Shown in pieces: positions 13,137-27,365 of a stretch of 64,000 nucleotides of DNA. The stretch is from contig JAQGDQ010000578.1 of NCBI GenBank assembly GCA_030141605.1, forward strand, positions 1 through 64,000. The letters run 5' to 3'. This stretch comes from Tubiluchus corallicola (Eukaryota; Animalia; Priapulida). A model generated the notes under the pieces. The model had not been told where the DNA came from, ran no database searches, and was given only the letters and a program-made list of their open reading frames with translations. Made by a program: the position numbers and the translations under genes. How positions within the stretch are numbered: position 1 is the first letter of the stretch; the number at the start of each line of letters is the position of its first letter.

Positions 13137-13542
13137 GAAGTTTGCGCTTTCTTACCAACGCAGACGCAGAATTAAAAAAGTCTGTCGGTCTTCTATATCC
13201 AAATGCATGCACGCACACATATAGTGCATATAGTATAATATAATTATACACATACAGACCAAATATATACTTATTTGTTACGGGTAGTTTAATGAATTAT
13301 CGGTATCAAAAAATAAATGAATGAACGAACTTCAAGGGGGAAGAAAAGGGAATTTTAAAGTATATCCCGAAAAATTTTCACAAAAAGTTACATTGCTAAC
13401 ATTACATTACATTACATTAAGTTTACTAGTTTGGAAGACTTAATTGCAACTAAAATTCTTAGAGATTTAAAATGTTTGTGCCAACTGGCAAGACGTCACT
13501 GTATCACCATCATAGATTGCACTGGTCACCAAAAACACATTA

Positions 13543-14092
13543 TTAAAAGAAAACCGGACGATTGTGTAAACATTAGTTCAGAATACAGAATGCTCTAAAA
13601 TATTGAAAACTACAATAGCTTGTTTCAAATCAAAGCTTAGATTAAAAAATAATTACCTCGGATACTCAAATTTTGTTAAACTTTCAAAGCTACTCGTGGC
13701 TCAGTGAATCTACTAAGATTGGCAACGGCGCCTTTTTGTCACATTCGCGTTGCCGACAAATAGAAGACGATAATGTGATGACCATGATCATGAACTGCGG
13801 TGTTAGTTTCTGACGTCATATGATGTAGAGCCAATTTTAGTGGCATCACGCATTTAAGCAGTAACACGCAAACATGCTTGACGCGCAAGGGAAGATGCCT
13901 GCCATTGCACAAACTGTGGTTAGTTTCTGACGTAAGCAATAGCTGTGTTCGGTTGTCATTAATTAACTTTCTAAGCTAATCATTCAAATATAAGAAACAA
14001 TCGTTAACTTTTATAGGCAAGAAAATGTATATTTTGGACATTTGGAAATTAAAATGAGATTGAGTCTAAACAATCGTCCGGTCTTCCTTTAA
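13543..14092 (+). mobile_element. Family B Kolobok-like MITE, full length
   Basis: TTAA-AAGAAAACCGGACGATTGT...ACAATCGTCCGGTCTTCCT-TTAA. Confidence 0.9.
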
Positions 14093-14179
14093 CTCTTATA
14101 AGACCGTCTTTTCTGCTACTGTATGAGCACAGACATAACTAAATGATTACACATTGGGTACTGTTCTATTCAGTGTTAT

Positions 14180-14720
14180 ATCTAAAATCACAAATTACAC
14201 CACGTAATAAAACTACATCTAAAATTACATATTATACTAAAAGGTTATCACAGTACTTTTTAAAGTTGTTCAGTAATGCGCTCCTAACTTTTAACAACTG
14301 CCAACTTAAACCTTTTTTAAACATATTAATAGTTTTACTTTCTTTCATTTCTCTATCTAGGTCATTGCATTGCTTAATATCAAAAACGATTCCTTCTTGT
14401 TCTTACTAGGGGTATTTTAAAGTAATAAGTTAAATTATTACATTATTATTACTTAATTATTTCAAATTATTAAGAATTTTCTTTTCCAATTACACTAGTC
14501 TTTCAAACTTCTTTTCATGCTAACTAATTCAATTTTGCCAGGAACGTTTTTGGGACATAATTTAAAATTCCTTTCTGATCCTCTTTTAAGAGAGTTGTCA
14601 GAAGCGCATCCTTGGAAGAAATCACAGCTTTGGCAGCGCTGAGCATTCAGCTTGTCATTCACACGGCATGGAATACCTTATATAATATCAACTTTCACTT
14701 TTAATGTAGCCGATCTATGA

Positions 14721-14721
<1 letters not shown>
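14180..14721. repeat. ~540-bp composite block duplicated at 32398-32947; contains a CR1/L2-type LINE 3' end on the minus strand
   Basis: High-identity direct repeat. The minus strand of the 32.5 kb copy reads VFDIKQWNVLDKEIKESKTLCMFKKGL, typical of a CR1/L2 ORF2 terminus. Confidence 0.85.
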
Positions 14722-15475
<754 letters not shown>

Positions 15476-15681
15476 GCCTTTCTTGTTCTTACTTACATAG
15501 GGGTATTTTAAAGTAATCGTTCAGCGGTGTTACAATGATCCCATGATTCACTTTTGTAAACAATTTTTGCACATTTTCTGGTATCTCATTTTTTCAGCTT
15601 TGTGCATTACCAATTTTGAGATTTATCAAATCTAGGCTCGCAAGAATATGCAGAATCTAAGTTGGCTAGAGTATGCAAAGT

Positions 15682-15870
15682 ATGTACAAGTAGACATGCA
15701 CATGTACAAGTAGACGTGCACATGTACAAGTAGACATGCACATGTACAAGTAGACACGGACATGTACAAGTAGACATGCACATGTACAAGTAGACACGGA
15801 CATGTACAAGTAGACATGCACATGTACAAGTAGGCATGCACATGTACAAGTAGACATGCACATGTACATG
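15682..15870. repeat. 20-bp minisatellite CATGTACAAGTAGACATGCA (~9 copies)
   Basis: Direct reading. A single-copy homolog lies at ~12448-12467. Confidence 0.93.
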
Positions 15871-16413
15871 AAACTTTCATTTAACGAAATTTAGCTTATT
15901 ATTTTAAGAAGTTTGTGCGCGTTCTTGCCCACACGGACTCAGAATTCAAAAAAATCTGTTGATCTTTCATATCCGCAGCATAAGTACACGCACGCACGCA
16001 CGCAAGCACGCACACACGCACGCACGTACGCATGCGCACACTTAGTGCTATATAAGTACCGTAAATCGATGTAAAATGCATTGTTGGAATGAAAATAAAT
16101 AAATAAATGAAAGATTTTAACAAAAACTTTTTCAGCTAACAATAAAATATATAACATTAATTTTTTGTATAGTTCAACACTGTGAAAGCACTTGGTGTAT
16201 AAAAGCTGTACACAGGGGTAGAATCTGCTCAGTGTAGATGATTGTAACGGGATCGGAATCTAGGACGTCCGTCTGATAATTGAATCTACCCAGAACAACA
16301 CTGAATCACCCATCAAATCAATCACCAGCATTGGCGACATTTAACTACAAGCAAGCACATCCACGCCTACTTGAATATTGCCTCGTCTGGGTCCCACTCT
16401 AGTGGCACGGAGC

Positions 16414-16415
<2 letters not shown>

Positions 16416-16459
<44 letters not shown>

Positions 16460-16503
16460 AAGAGAGGAGAGAGGGAAAGAGCGAGAGAGAGAGAGAGAGA
16501 GAG

Positions 16504-16598
<95 letters not shown>
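16416..16598. repeat. (GA)n microsatellite
   Basis: Direct reading. Confidence 0.98.
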
Positions 16599-16600
<2 letters not shown>

Positions 16601-17289
16601 GTGATTATTGGACTATTATTCCTTTTGAAAACATTTTATCATCTGGGCTGCTCAAGCCTCATTCTACTACAAAGCACGTTTGAAAAGGAAAGTCCAAAGC
16701 CTAAGTAAATTACTTCGCCAAGCAAAAGTAATCTGTGACTCTGCAAAGAAGATCAATCACGAAAAATAGGAAATGCAGAAAAACTTGCATATTTTTTTGA
16801 ATTCGAAATACCATATTGCAGATGCTCGATTCGCTTCTAAGAATCATTATCGATGCTATAAAAATATACATGCTTTTCTACTTATTTAACGAAACGAACT
16901 ACACCATTTCTAAACATATAATTTACATAACCAACAAAATAATGCATGTCATAAATAGTAATCAGACGTTGACACTGTCGTCTTTATGTTGTCCTTTTTA
17001 CAAAATAAAATGAATTTTCAACTGTTTAGCTCCATTAGTACATTTGCACAACTGTCACTTCCTCGAATGGCGTCGATACAGTTTGTTAAGAAAAACTGCT
17101 ATTTTAAAATACCGCGAAACTTGCAAACATGAGTGGGCCACTTGCATAAACAGCCCGACGCTCGCAGGGAGCGGTACCAATTTTCTGGCTTCGTAATTTG
17201 GCTGGTATATTACGCAGCAAGCATGCTGCTCATTGTGGACCCACGAAGGGTAATTTATCCTTGCAACTGTCTAGCTGAGTTTTACAGCG

Positions 17290-17511
17290 TACTGTACGTA
17301 CTGGGTGCACGAGCTGGGAGAAATGTGCTGTAGCTATGTTGAGCCTGACTGAGTACAATTCTAAGCTAAATTAAAAGCGGTGTAAAATACCCAATTTTTG
17401 CATACTGTACGTACTGGATGCACGAGCTGGGAGAAATGTGCTGTAGCTATGTTGAGCCCGACTGAGTACAATTCTAAGCTAAATTAAAAGCGGTGTAAAA
17501 TACCCAATTTT
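17290..17511. repeat. ~112-bp tandem duplication (2 copies)
   Basis: TACTGTACGTACTGG...AAAATACCCAATTTT is repeated with about 2 differences. Confidence 0.92.
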
Positions 17512-18011
17512 ATTTCAATTGAAAAAGTTTACTAAATAAAATGCGTACAAATTTCTTAATTTCACTTTGAATACTTTAAAAATCGTTTTTATACGCTAAG
17601 TTGTATGAATTAGGAAATTAGGAACTGGTATAAAATTGGTACAATGATTTTATTCTATATGCTAATATGATCCACCTGTGATAAATTTTTGAAAAGAATA
17701 ATGAATGGACTGTAAATTTTATTATTTTCTGCTACCCCAGTTTTTGTATTAATCATTGTATTTATAGTCAATAAACTATACTACTACCACTACCACTACC
17801 ACTACCACTACTACTACTACTACCACTACTGCTAAAATTTTCATTTTGTGTCAGTAAAAAAGATATGATCATGGCCGAGATGAGTTTGCAGAATTTTACA
17901 GAATTTAACACTTCATTATAGTACTTGCAAAAATAAGTGTGTTTTCTTATTCATAAGCTTTCAAAATATTAAAACAGATCACAAATACAAAATTGCTATT
18001 CATAATTGACG

Positions 18012-18617
18012 TTAAAGCAAAACTGGACCCAATCTTATACTGTAGGTCAAAACAGTCTACACTTTAAAATATAGAAAGAAAACATACTATTTTTTCAAAA
18101 ATGATTTACGTGAAAGAATTATTACTACACAAACACAATTTCACGTTCGTGTCACTAGTTCTTCGCTGTTACAAGCATTTCGCCATTCGCTAGTTAGATG
18201 GGCACTAGCGTCTGCATCACGGAAACGCATTGCACGAAAATTAGGTGCTGCACTTCTCAGTTCAGATGTGTTAGTTTGTGACGAACTGCACACATTTGAC
18301 AGCTCATGCGAGATCACAGCGATAAATTTGAAATTTGAACTTTTATCTTAAAACTTGCTTAGTTATAGTACAACACATTGAATGTCTTACAGTAGCACTG
18401 TACTTCAATTTTCAGTTTCGCAAAACACGTGGAATATTTTTGCTGTTGAAAATTATGTTAGTTTGTGATGTCATCAATTGTTGGACTCGCACACTGTTAA
18501 TTAAGTTTCTAATCTATTATTTAATCATCAGAAACTCCTTTGAAGTGTTAATTGTGTTAAAATGTGTACTTTTTATCGGATTTGAAAAAGGTGAAGTATA
18601 TTAAAGTCTTCCTTTAA
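18012..18617 (+). mobile_element. Family A Kolobok-like MITE, full length
   Basis: TTAA-AGCAAAACTGGAC...GTCTTCCT-TTAA. The flanks rejoin in the empty paralog at ~3175-3200. Confidence 0.9.
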
Positions 18618-19949
18618 TGATGTAAAGTCTGCATTGCTGAATCTTCTAGTTTCAGTCGATCATATAATTATATGATTATGTAACTTAATTAATGTAAGTT
18701 CAGTGCCTGAATCTAATTGCTTACATAATATGCACATATCACGACTTTTTTGTTATTTTTAGGACTAGGAAGTAATCAGATATGCGTGCTCATTATCTAC
18801 TGAAAATTTTCTGATATTACTGACGTCACAGCACGATATAGCAACGGGTTATCGGTCGTTTACATAAAAATCTTTTCAGTCTCTCAGAAGAGAAAATATC
18901 AAAACACGCTGGGTTTTAGTACGCTTGACTTGCCGTAAAATCAGAAACGTATTTTGCTTCATTTAGTCACAGAGCAAAAGCAGAAATCTATAGGGCTTAA
19001 TCAGCCGACGCGTAACTCTCTAGCTGCTGACGGGATACCTCAAGGACGGCTACTTTGACCCTTTCTGATCATTTTGTTTATAATTTTCCCCATATTAGGA
19101 TAATTTGAAAACTGCTATCTGCTAGGGATTCGGATGAACTATATACAAACCAGTTTTTGTAACATTTAACATGTAGGCTACATCCAAAATAACTGATCAC
19201 GCGTAATTCAAATGAAGCCACTAACCTGGGAAGGCAAGCAAGGTAAAAACGACAGGAAAAGGGTTATGGACGGGCAAATTGTAGCGGATAATGAGTGCAC
19301 AGCTGTCAATACTAGAATCAAATGAGTGAGCAATATTAGTGAAGATACTGCCGCCAATATTAGATAATTCGCACTGAAGCCCATGATACTGCAGGTACTG
19401 ACACTTGACATTTACGGCTGACGCTATGGCTTCCTCAAACGCCGCAAATATTACCATACGTGTATATCTAGGTCGACTGAAGCACGCAACATTCATAAAC
19501 AGCCAGCTCCTGCATGGCTTCTATTAGCCCTGCCGCAAACAAGCACAGCTGACTTCCGGGATGCGGAACCAAGCTATCCCCGAAGCGCCCGGCAGATGAA
19601 CTACGTGGGAAGCGAGTACAGTGTGAACCGGGAAGCCCCATATCGAGTACATTGATTTCGCGCGACAGTTCCACGAAGAGCAAAGATTTAATGGACCATA
19701 TAATGCACATTTATTGCCGCCGAATCGATGGGACACCGTACTTTACATGTTTATACTCAAATCTAGCCAGACAGCTTGCTAAAGAGAGCGTTTAATTTTG
19801 AAATGGAAGACTGCAGCTTTTGTTCAATGCACGGCAAGATCACTAGACGCCGGCATGCTCTTGTTCGCTGTTCCGAGTAAAAATAATTGTCGAGAGTAAT
19901 CGTACTATGGATGCCGGCTTCCACTAGGGGCGCTGCTATATGATTTCAA

Positions 19950-20145
19950 TTATTATTATTATAAGTCTTTTATTTGCACACAAAAACGAATTATACTACA
20001 GTATGTACAAGTGTTGCCCTCTATTTGAAGGGCAAAAGTAATTAACGGTAAATACAATCAAACCAGCAGTTAAATACACACACACACGCACACGCACACA
20101 AACACACACACACACACACACATACACACACACACACACACACAA

Positions 20146-20202
<57 letters not shown>

Positions 20203-20670
20203 ACATATATATATATATAAGTTACTATCACAATTTTATCTATCAATTTATCTAACAATATCTTTATTAGCACAACAATTTGGCCTTCCCATTTTAACAT
20301 TATTATAAAGTTTCACATTAAACTACCCAGAAAGTCATCCATTGCTAAATTGCTTTCAAAACTTCAGTGCTGCGTTCGTCTATAATATGATTTATATCTG
20401 ATGTTGGTAATTTATCTGTTAAGGCATTTCTTTTGGTTGTGCCCACTAGGTGGCATTCAAACAATAAGTGATATGGCGTTTGTCTACCATTCACACATTC
20501 GCATATATCAGTATCTGCATATCCAATACGTTCTTTGAAACTACCTTGTCCAGCGAAAAGACTAAACGCAAATCTTTCTATTTTTCTTTCTCTTAGACTG
20601 ATGGGCAACTTCAGTGGACATAGTTCAATTATATTTATGATTTCAAGCTGCTCAGATAAAAATAACACAT
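19950..20670 (-). mobile_element. LINE 3' end with zinc knuckle; (CA)n array in its 3' UTR
   Basis: ORF 20345-20668(-) reads FAGQGSFKERIGYADTDICECVNGRQTPYHLLFEC. AATAAAA plus a (TAA)n tail on the minus strand at ~19950-19974. Confidence 0.7.
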
Positions 20671-20954
20671 TCCGAGAATTTTAAAGAAATCTCGAGCACT
20701 GTTCGTATAACAAGCTGTAAACCTGGATTCGAATTCTTCTGGTGAAATACATGACTGATTAATGATCACTTCTCGAAAATGGTTTATTTATTCTGTTTCG
20801 TTTGACCCAGTCAAATTTGGTCCAGTGAGTACCATCCTGCTCTGTTTCATCGCTCTAATTGATTCTACGCTTTACATTCATTTTTTGCAACGTTCCGCGC
20901 GCTTACTTTTACAGCCTCCCTAAAAAGTATAGGATTTACTTTCTATGACATGTA

Positions 20955-21310
20955 CTGTGTTGCCAGATGGTACAGTGTACAGTGTTGCCAGATGGTACAG
21001 TGTGCAGTGTAGCCAGATGGTACAGTGTGCAGTGTTGCCAGATGGTACAGTGTGCAGTGTTGCCAGATGGTACAGTGTGCAGTGATGCCAGATGGAAACA
21101 GTGTGCAGTGTTGCCAGATGGTACAGTGTGCAGTGTTGCCAGATGGTACAGTGTGCAGTGATGCCAGATGGTACAGTGTGCAGTGTTGTCAGATGGTACA
21201 GTGTGCAGTGTTGCCAGATGGTACAGTGTGCGGTGTTGCCAGATGGTACAGTGTGCAGTCATGCCAGATGGTAAAATGTGCAGTGTTACCAGATGCCACA
21301 GTGTACAGTA
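20955..21310. repeat. 25-bp minisatellite CAGTGTGCAGTGTTGCCAGATGGTA (~14 copies)
   Basis: Direct reading. Confidence 0.95.
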
Positions 21311-22617
21311 AAAGACCCTAAAAGACCAAAGGGCTTTCCATACAAGGTTATATTACTTAGCATTACGCGTACCAGATTGAAAGACATGTAACTGAACAGG
21401 TAATTAAAAATGCCGATGCTAGTAGTGAAACTGACGCCGTTTCACTATCCCAGTGTGCACGAAAAACGTCACTGGCTCATCAAAATATATTATGAAATTT
21501 ATTGACAAGATAAAGTAATTCATACTTTTGCTTAGTTAGTGAACTGTGCACTATGACTGCTCTGTTTATTTTTTCAAACGTTACGCAGTGTTATCTAAAC
21601 TTGGTTCAACTTTCTGCTTGACTACTAAACAGTTAAATTGTTGCGCCTGTTGTACGTCAATTTGTACCTAAACCACGTGGAATAAAATTTTATGTCAAAA
21701 TCAAATGAAAAAAATCACACGTGGAACGAGAATTTAAGACAGAACAGCAAACTTACATCCAAGTTGCAAAGCTAGCTGTCATCTTAACTATAAACCAAAT
21801 GGCGCTAATTCTTATTTTTTCTCCCAGTCGCCATCTATTAACCATGATGAATTGGTAACTATGGCAACAAGTTTCAAGCAGACTTTTCTCACAAGTATCC
21901 ATGGAAACTCGCGCTTTATTATAGAAAATAGTCTCATACTAACTACCTTAGACTCTCAATATCTTTTAAGCAGTTAAAGCAATTTCTTTCACATCATCCT
22001 TTCATGGTAAGCTACACACAAGAATAGCGAAAGGCAAGTTGCCAACTTAACATAGCAGTTCTTCAATGAGCAACACTGAAAGGCGTCTGGTATGATTAGT
22101 TCCACTTGAAACATTCTAGTTCCGTTCTAGAAGTAAACGAAGATTAAATCTTGGGGGAAATGGACAAATTGAAACTACCGCGTGAAACTGTCCTTGCATA
22201 CTTTGTGATTGTCTTATCGTCTTTCTTACCGTCTTTCGCCCGTATATAAATAGTCTGTTGGTGATGAAATTTTACAACTCTCGTCGTGTTTTTTATATGC
22301 TGTTTTGTTTATTGCACTAGAATTGGTAATTATGTTTATTATAATTGTACTCGCTGTTCTTCATTGTGTATAATGCGTGTAGATTTTGTTACCATGTATT
22401 AAAATATGTTCGTTATCTTTTATTATGTATGTATGTGTGATGGATTATAATCTGTAACTATGTCTATTGTATATGATCGTTGTCGTTCATTGTGTCTGAT
22501 GCGTTAGATCCTAAATTATATATATGTGAATAGGTTTAATACGTTGTAAATGCTTTTAAAAATTTTAAACATATCCCTACAAATAGAGGGAATGTATTTT
22601 GTACATAGTTTTTAAAA

Positions 22618-22727
<110 letters not shown>

Positions 22728-22928
22728 CTTGTAGTCTGTTGCATAATATTCGACTGCTCTTCAATTTTCTAGGTGCAACATCAGAAATTCATTCTCCTTC
22801 AAATCTTCCTCTGAAGCTTTTTGAGCGTACTGCTAAAGTATCATTTGGTCAAATTTTCTTAAATCGAGCTGTACCGAGTTTGGCTGATACATATGTTGAC
22901 TGTGCGCCCCTCGTGGCTGCACAAAGTA

Positions 22929-23320
22929 TTAAAGCAAAACCGGACACAATCTTAAACTGTACGTCAAAACAATCTACTCTTTAAAATGTTGAAGGGAAAC
23001 ATTTGAAATTTGAATTTTTATCTTAAAACTTGCCTTGTTTTAGTACAACATACCGAATCTCTTAGAGCAGCACTGTACTTCAATTTTCTTTTTCACACTC
23101 AGGGAATATTTTTGATGTTGAAAATTATGTTAGTTTGTGATGTCATCAATAGTTGGGCTCGCTCGCCGTTATTTATGTTTTCAGTCTATTTCTTAATTAT
23201 CAGAAACGATTTTGCAGTATTAATCGTATAAAAATGCATACTTTTTATCATATTTGAAAATATATTAGGAAGTATAGGAAGTATGGATAGTATAGGAAAA
23301 ATCATCCTGTCTTCCTTTAA
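22929..23320 (+). mobile_element. Family A short subfamily (internal deletion)
   Basis: Both TTAA/TIR ends present. The deletion junction GGAAACA|TTTGAAATTT is shared with 42107-42489. Confidence 0.88.
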
Positions 23321-23456
23321 GGTTTTTAAAAACCACTTAAATAAGTTAATTTACATACGTTTCTTGTACAAAATAGACATGTGTGAGTAGTCCATCTCTT
23401 TGTGCCTCTATGATACTCCTGCAAATATTGTATTTGTGTGCTTTTTGTCTACATGT

Positions 23457-23751
23457 TATATATATATATATATATACATACACACATACATACATACATA
23501 CATACATACATACATACATACATACATACATACATACATACATACATACATACATACATACATACATACATACATACATACATACATACATACATACATA
23601 CATACATACATACATACATACACACACACAAACACCATACATACATACATACATACATACATACATACATACATACATACATACATACATACATACATAC
23701 ATACATACATACATACATACATGCATACATACATACATACATACATATATA
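23457..23751. repeat. (TACA)n microsatellite with (TA)n edges
   Basis: Direct reading. Confidence 0.98.
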
Positions 23752-24735
23752 TTGGTTTCATTATATATTTTACTATTGGGTGTGGATAAAATAAATAAAG
23801 CAGACAAAACTTTGTTTGAATGGCGGCGAAAAAACGTGTAAATGAAACTTTGAATTTAGTGCCTTTTAGTTACTAATAAAATCTGTTACGCAATTATCTA
23901 CAATTTCCTGCACTATTTTCTGATTATATAATTATACACAGGCAGCTATCTGAGACCAAATCAAGCTACGGTAAATATGTACAAAGCAAGATTGTTATCC
24001 TACATAGACTTTATTTATCCAGCTCACAGGAAGACCTGCTTAATTGTAATCTCCCACTTAAATCCTCTTTGCTGCTATGTTAGGCTTGACAAGGCTAAGC
24101 TTGCCAAAGCTTTGTTTAGAAATGTCACGCACAAGTAGGCTGTGGCGAAAGATCAGTGTGACTAGTTTCAAAATTACCACGTCATGTCAGACAGGACAAG
24201 GCTTTGAAGAAGCGTCGAGGCGTGCAAAATGGCATGCATTTTAGGAACTCGGATTTTAAGAAAACAAGTATCACTCGCCTATTTTCAGAAACAAAACCTA
24301 GATCATAGGCATACTATACTCATAGATCATAATATATATTCATGCGCAAATTTTATTTACCCACGTCCATTTTAAAATGTATGTATATATTGTACATAGT
24401 CTATTATAATTTGCGTCTAACATTGTACTATATATCTTGTTTTAAATTTTTGGCACAGTAGTTTTTAGCTTGCACTGGACGCATTTGCCTTTAACAGTTG
24501 TGTGAATTTTATTCTCATGCTGCGATGTTCTTTTATGCTTTTATAGTTACGAATATCGATTTTTTATGGCAAGTAAAGATATACATATATATATATATAT
24601 ACGTGTACATGTAGCATAGTATAGGTCGCTTCTACCCATATTATGTGGTCACTGCATTACCACTGCAATAAATAGTCTCTGTTTATGCTTAAGGAAAAGA
24701 ATCAACAAACGAGTAAACAAAGGTTCGAAAAACAA

Positions 24736-25092
24736 TAACCCTATCACAGTTTCGCTATGCGCACGCGCAGTTGCTGTAGGTCAAAGGTCAAGTGTACCAC
24801 AGCAACGCGTCGTAACTACAACCGGCCGCGTTTGTTAAGTAAGTTCAGTTGTTTTACGTGGACTTTACATAGTTATGCATTACTCTGTGCAAAGGGTAAT
24901 TTATTAGCAGGATCTTGCTTGGCAACAAGAAAAATGAAGTAGGTAAGGTTCTAGTTAGCTGATAAAACTGTTACTATTACAATAGCTTGAGCTGCGAGGC
25001 GTTTTGAAGTACACACAAATGCGTTGCCTGGTACACTTAACCATTGGCCTTTTCACGATCATCATCAATCGCTAGAACTGTGAAAAAGCTTA
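24736..25092 (+). mobile_element. Family C MITE
   Basis: TCACAGTTTCG...AACTGTGAAAAAGCTTA, with an internal inverted motif (AAGTGTACCA / TGGTACACTT). Confidence 0.8.
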
Positions 25093-25349
25093 TTATACGA
25101 ATCAAGCATCTTTGAGTTTACTGTAGCGTTGCAACGTACCACGCCCAGCTATGTATTTACATCATTTTCTCAGAAAATATGGTTTATTTGACTACAGCTC
25201 ACTAAACACAGTGCTGAAATGAATGATGTTGTAAACTACTATGATTACTGCACAGGAGTTATGATTAGAAGTAGCTCCTGCTTTTACTGTGTTGTAGATG
25301 TAACGAACCACAAACGGTTGATCATTGAGGACAATAAAATACCCTAAGC

Positions 25350-25918
25350 TTAAAGCAAAACCGGGCCCAATCTTAAACTGCTGGTCAAAACAATCTACTC
25401 TTTAAAATTTTGAAAGGGAACACACTATTTTTTTCAAATATGACTTGCGTGAAAGAATTATCACATAAATACAACTTCACATTCGCGCCACTAGTTCTTC
25501 ACTGTTACATGCATTTCGCCATTCACTAGTTAGACCGGCACCAGCGCCTGCATTTCGGAAATTTTTTTGCACAAAAATCAGGTGCTGTACCTCTAATTCA
25601 GAGCTGTTCGTTTGTGACGTAATACACACGTTCGACAGCTCATGCGCGTGCACAGCAGTAAATTTGAAACTTGAATTTTTATCTTAAAACATGCCTAGTT
25701 TTAGTACAACACATTGAATGTGTTACAGTAGCACCGTACTTCAATTTTCGCTTTCGCAAACACGTGTAACACGCTCGTAGAATATTTTTACTATTGAAAA
25801 TTATGTTTGTTTCTGATGTCATCAATAGTTGGGCTCGACCGCTGTTAATTAAGGTATTAAAAAAATTATTTAATTATCAGAAACACATTTGCAGTATTAA
25901 TCGTGTTAAAATGTATAC
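25350..25918 (+). mobile_element. Family A MITE, right end replaced by a satellite
   Basis: Starts TTAA-AGCAAAACCGGGCCC. Homology stops where the 44-bp array begins. Confidence 0.87.
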
Positions 25919-25925
25919 GTAAAAT

Positions 25926-26691
25926 GTCATACGTAACTGATGTTGTCTCAGGTTAAAGTAGGGATGTCAGTCATACGTAACTGATGTTGTCTCAGGTTAA
26001 AGTAGAGACGTCAGTCATACGTAACCGATGTTGTCTCAGGTTAAAGTAGAGACGTCAGTCATACGTAACTGATGTTGTCTCAGGTTAAAGTAGAGACGTC
26101 AGTCATACGTAACTGATGTTTTCTCAGGTTAAAGTAGAGACGTCAGTCATACGTAACTGATGTTGTCTCAGGTTAAAGTAGGGATGTCAGTCATACGTAA
26201 CTGATGTTGTCTCAAGTTAAAGTAGGGATGTCAGTCATACGTAACTGATGTTGTCTCAGGTTAAAGTAGAGACGTCAGTCATACGTAACTGATGTTGTCT
26301 CAGGTTAAAGTAGAGACGTCAGTCATACCTAACTGATGTTGTCTCAGGTTAAAGTAGAGACGTCAGTCATACGTAACTGATGCTTTCTCATGTTAAAGTA
26401 GAGACGTCAGTCATACGTAACTGATGTTTTCTCAGGTTAAAGTAGAGACGTCAGTCATACGTAACTCATGTTGTCTCAGGTTAAAGTAGAGATGTCAGTC
26501 ATACGTAACTGATGTTGTCTCAGGTTAAAGTAGAGACGTCAGTCATACGTAACTGATGTTTTCTCATGTTAAAGTAGAGACGTCAGTCATACGTTACTGA
26601 TGTTGTCTCAGGTTAAAGTCGAGAACTCAGTCATACGTAACTGATGTTTTCTCATGTTAAAGTAGAGACGTCAGTCATACGTAACTGATGT
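25926..26691. repeat. 44-bp minisatellite (~17 copies)
   Basis: Unit CAGTCATACGTAACTGATGTTGTCTCAGGTTAAAGTAGAGACGT; period checked at 26012 and 26056. Confidence 0.96.
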
Positions 26692-26837
26692 AATAAAACA
26701 TACCGAAATAAATATGGTTATAGAACAGATACATTCATAATTTTGTACTGATGAGTGTAAACTTTTTTTATCATTACTGCATAATTTGTATCTCCAATTT
26801 TTGCTTTCTTCAGTCATTTTGTATAGAGATCTGCTTT

Positions 26838-27365
26838 GCAGAAAACGTGCCATATTTCTGTGTTGAAAATGTGCCATATTGCTGGTTGCAAATGTGCCAT
26901 ATTGCTGTGTTAAAAATGTGCCATATTGCTGTGTTGAAAATGTGCCATATTGCTGTGTTAAAATGTGCCATATTGCTGTGTTGAAAATGTGCCATATTCC
27001 TGTGTTGAAAATGTGCCATATTGCTGTGTTGAGAATGTGCCATATTGCTGTGTTAAGAATGTGCCATATTCCTGTGTTGAAAATGTGCCATATTCCTGTG
27101 TTGAAAATGTGCCGTATTGCTGTGTTGAAAATGTGCCATATTGCTGGTTGAAAATGTGCCACATTGCTGTGTTGAGAATGTGCCATATTGCTGGTTAAAA
27201 ATGTGCCATATTGCTGTGTTAACAATGTGCCATATTCCTGTGTTGAAAATGTGCCATATTGCTGTGTTGAAAATGTGCCATATTCTTGTGTTGAAAGTGT
27301 GCCATATTGCTGTGTTGCAAATGTGCCATATTGCTGTGCAGAAAATGTGCCATATTACTGTGTTA
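26838..27365. repeat. 24-bp minisatellite GTTGAAAATGTGCCATATTGCTGT (~22 copies)
   Basis: Direct reading. Confidence 0.96.
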
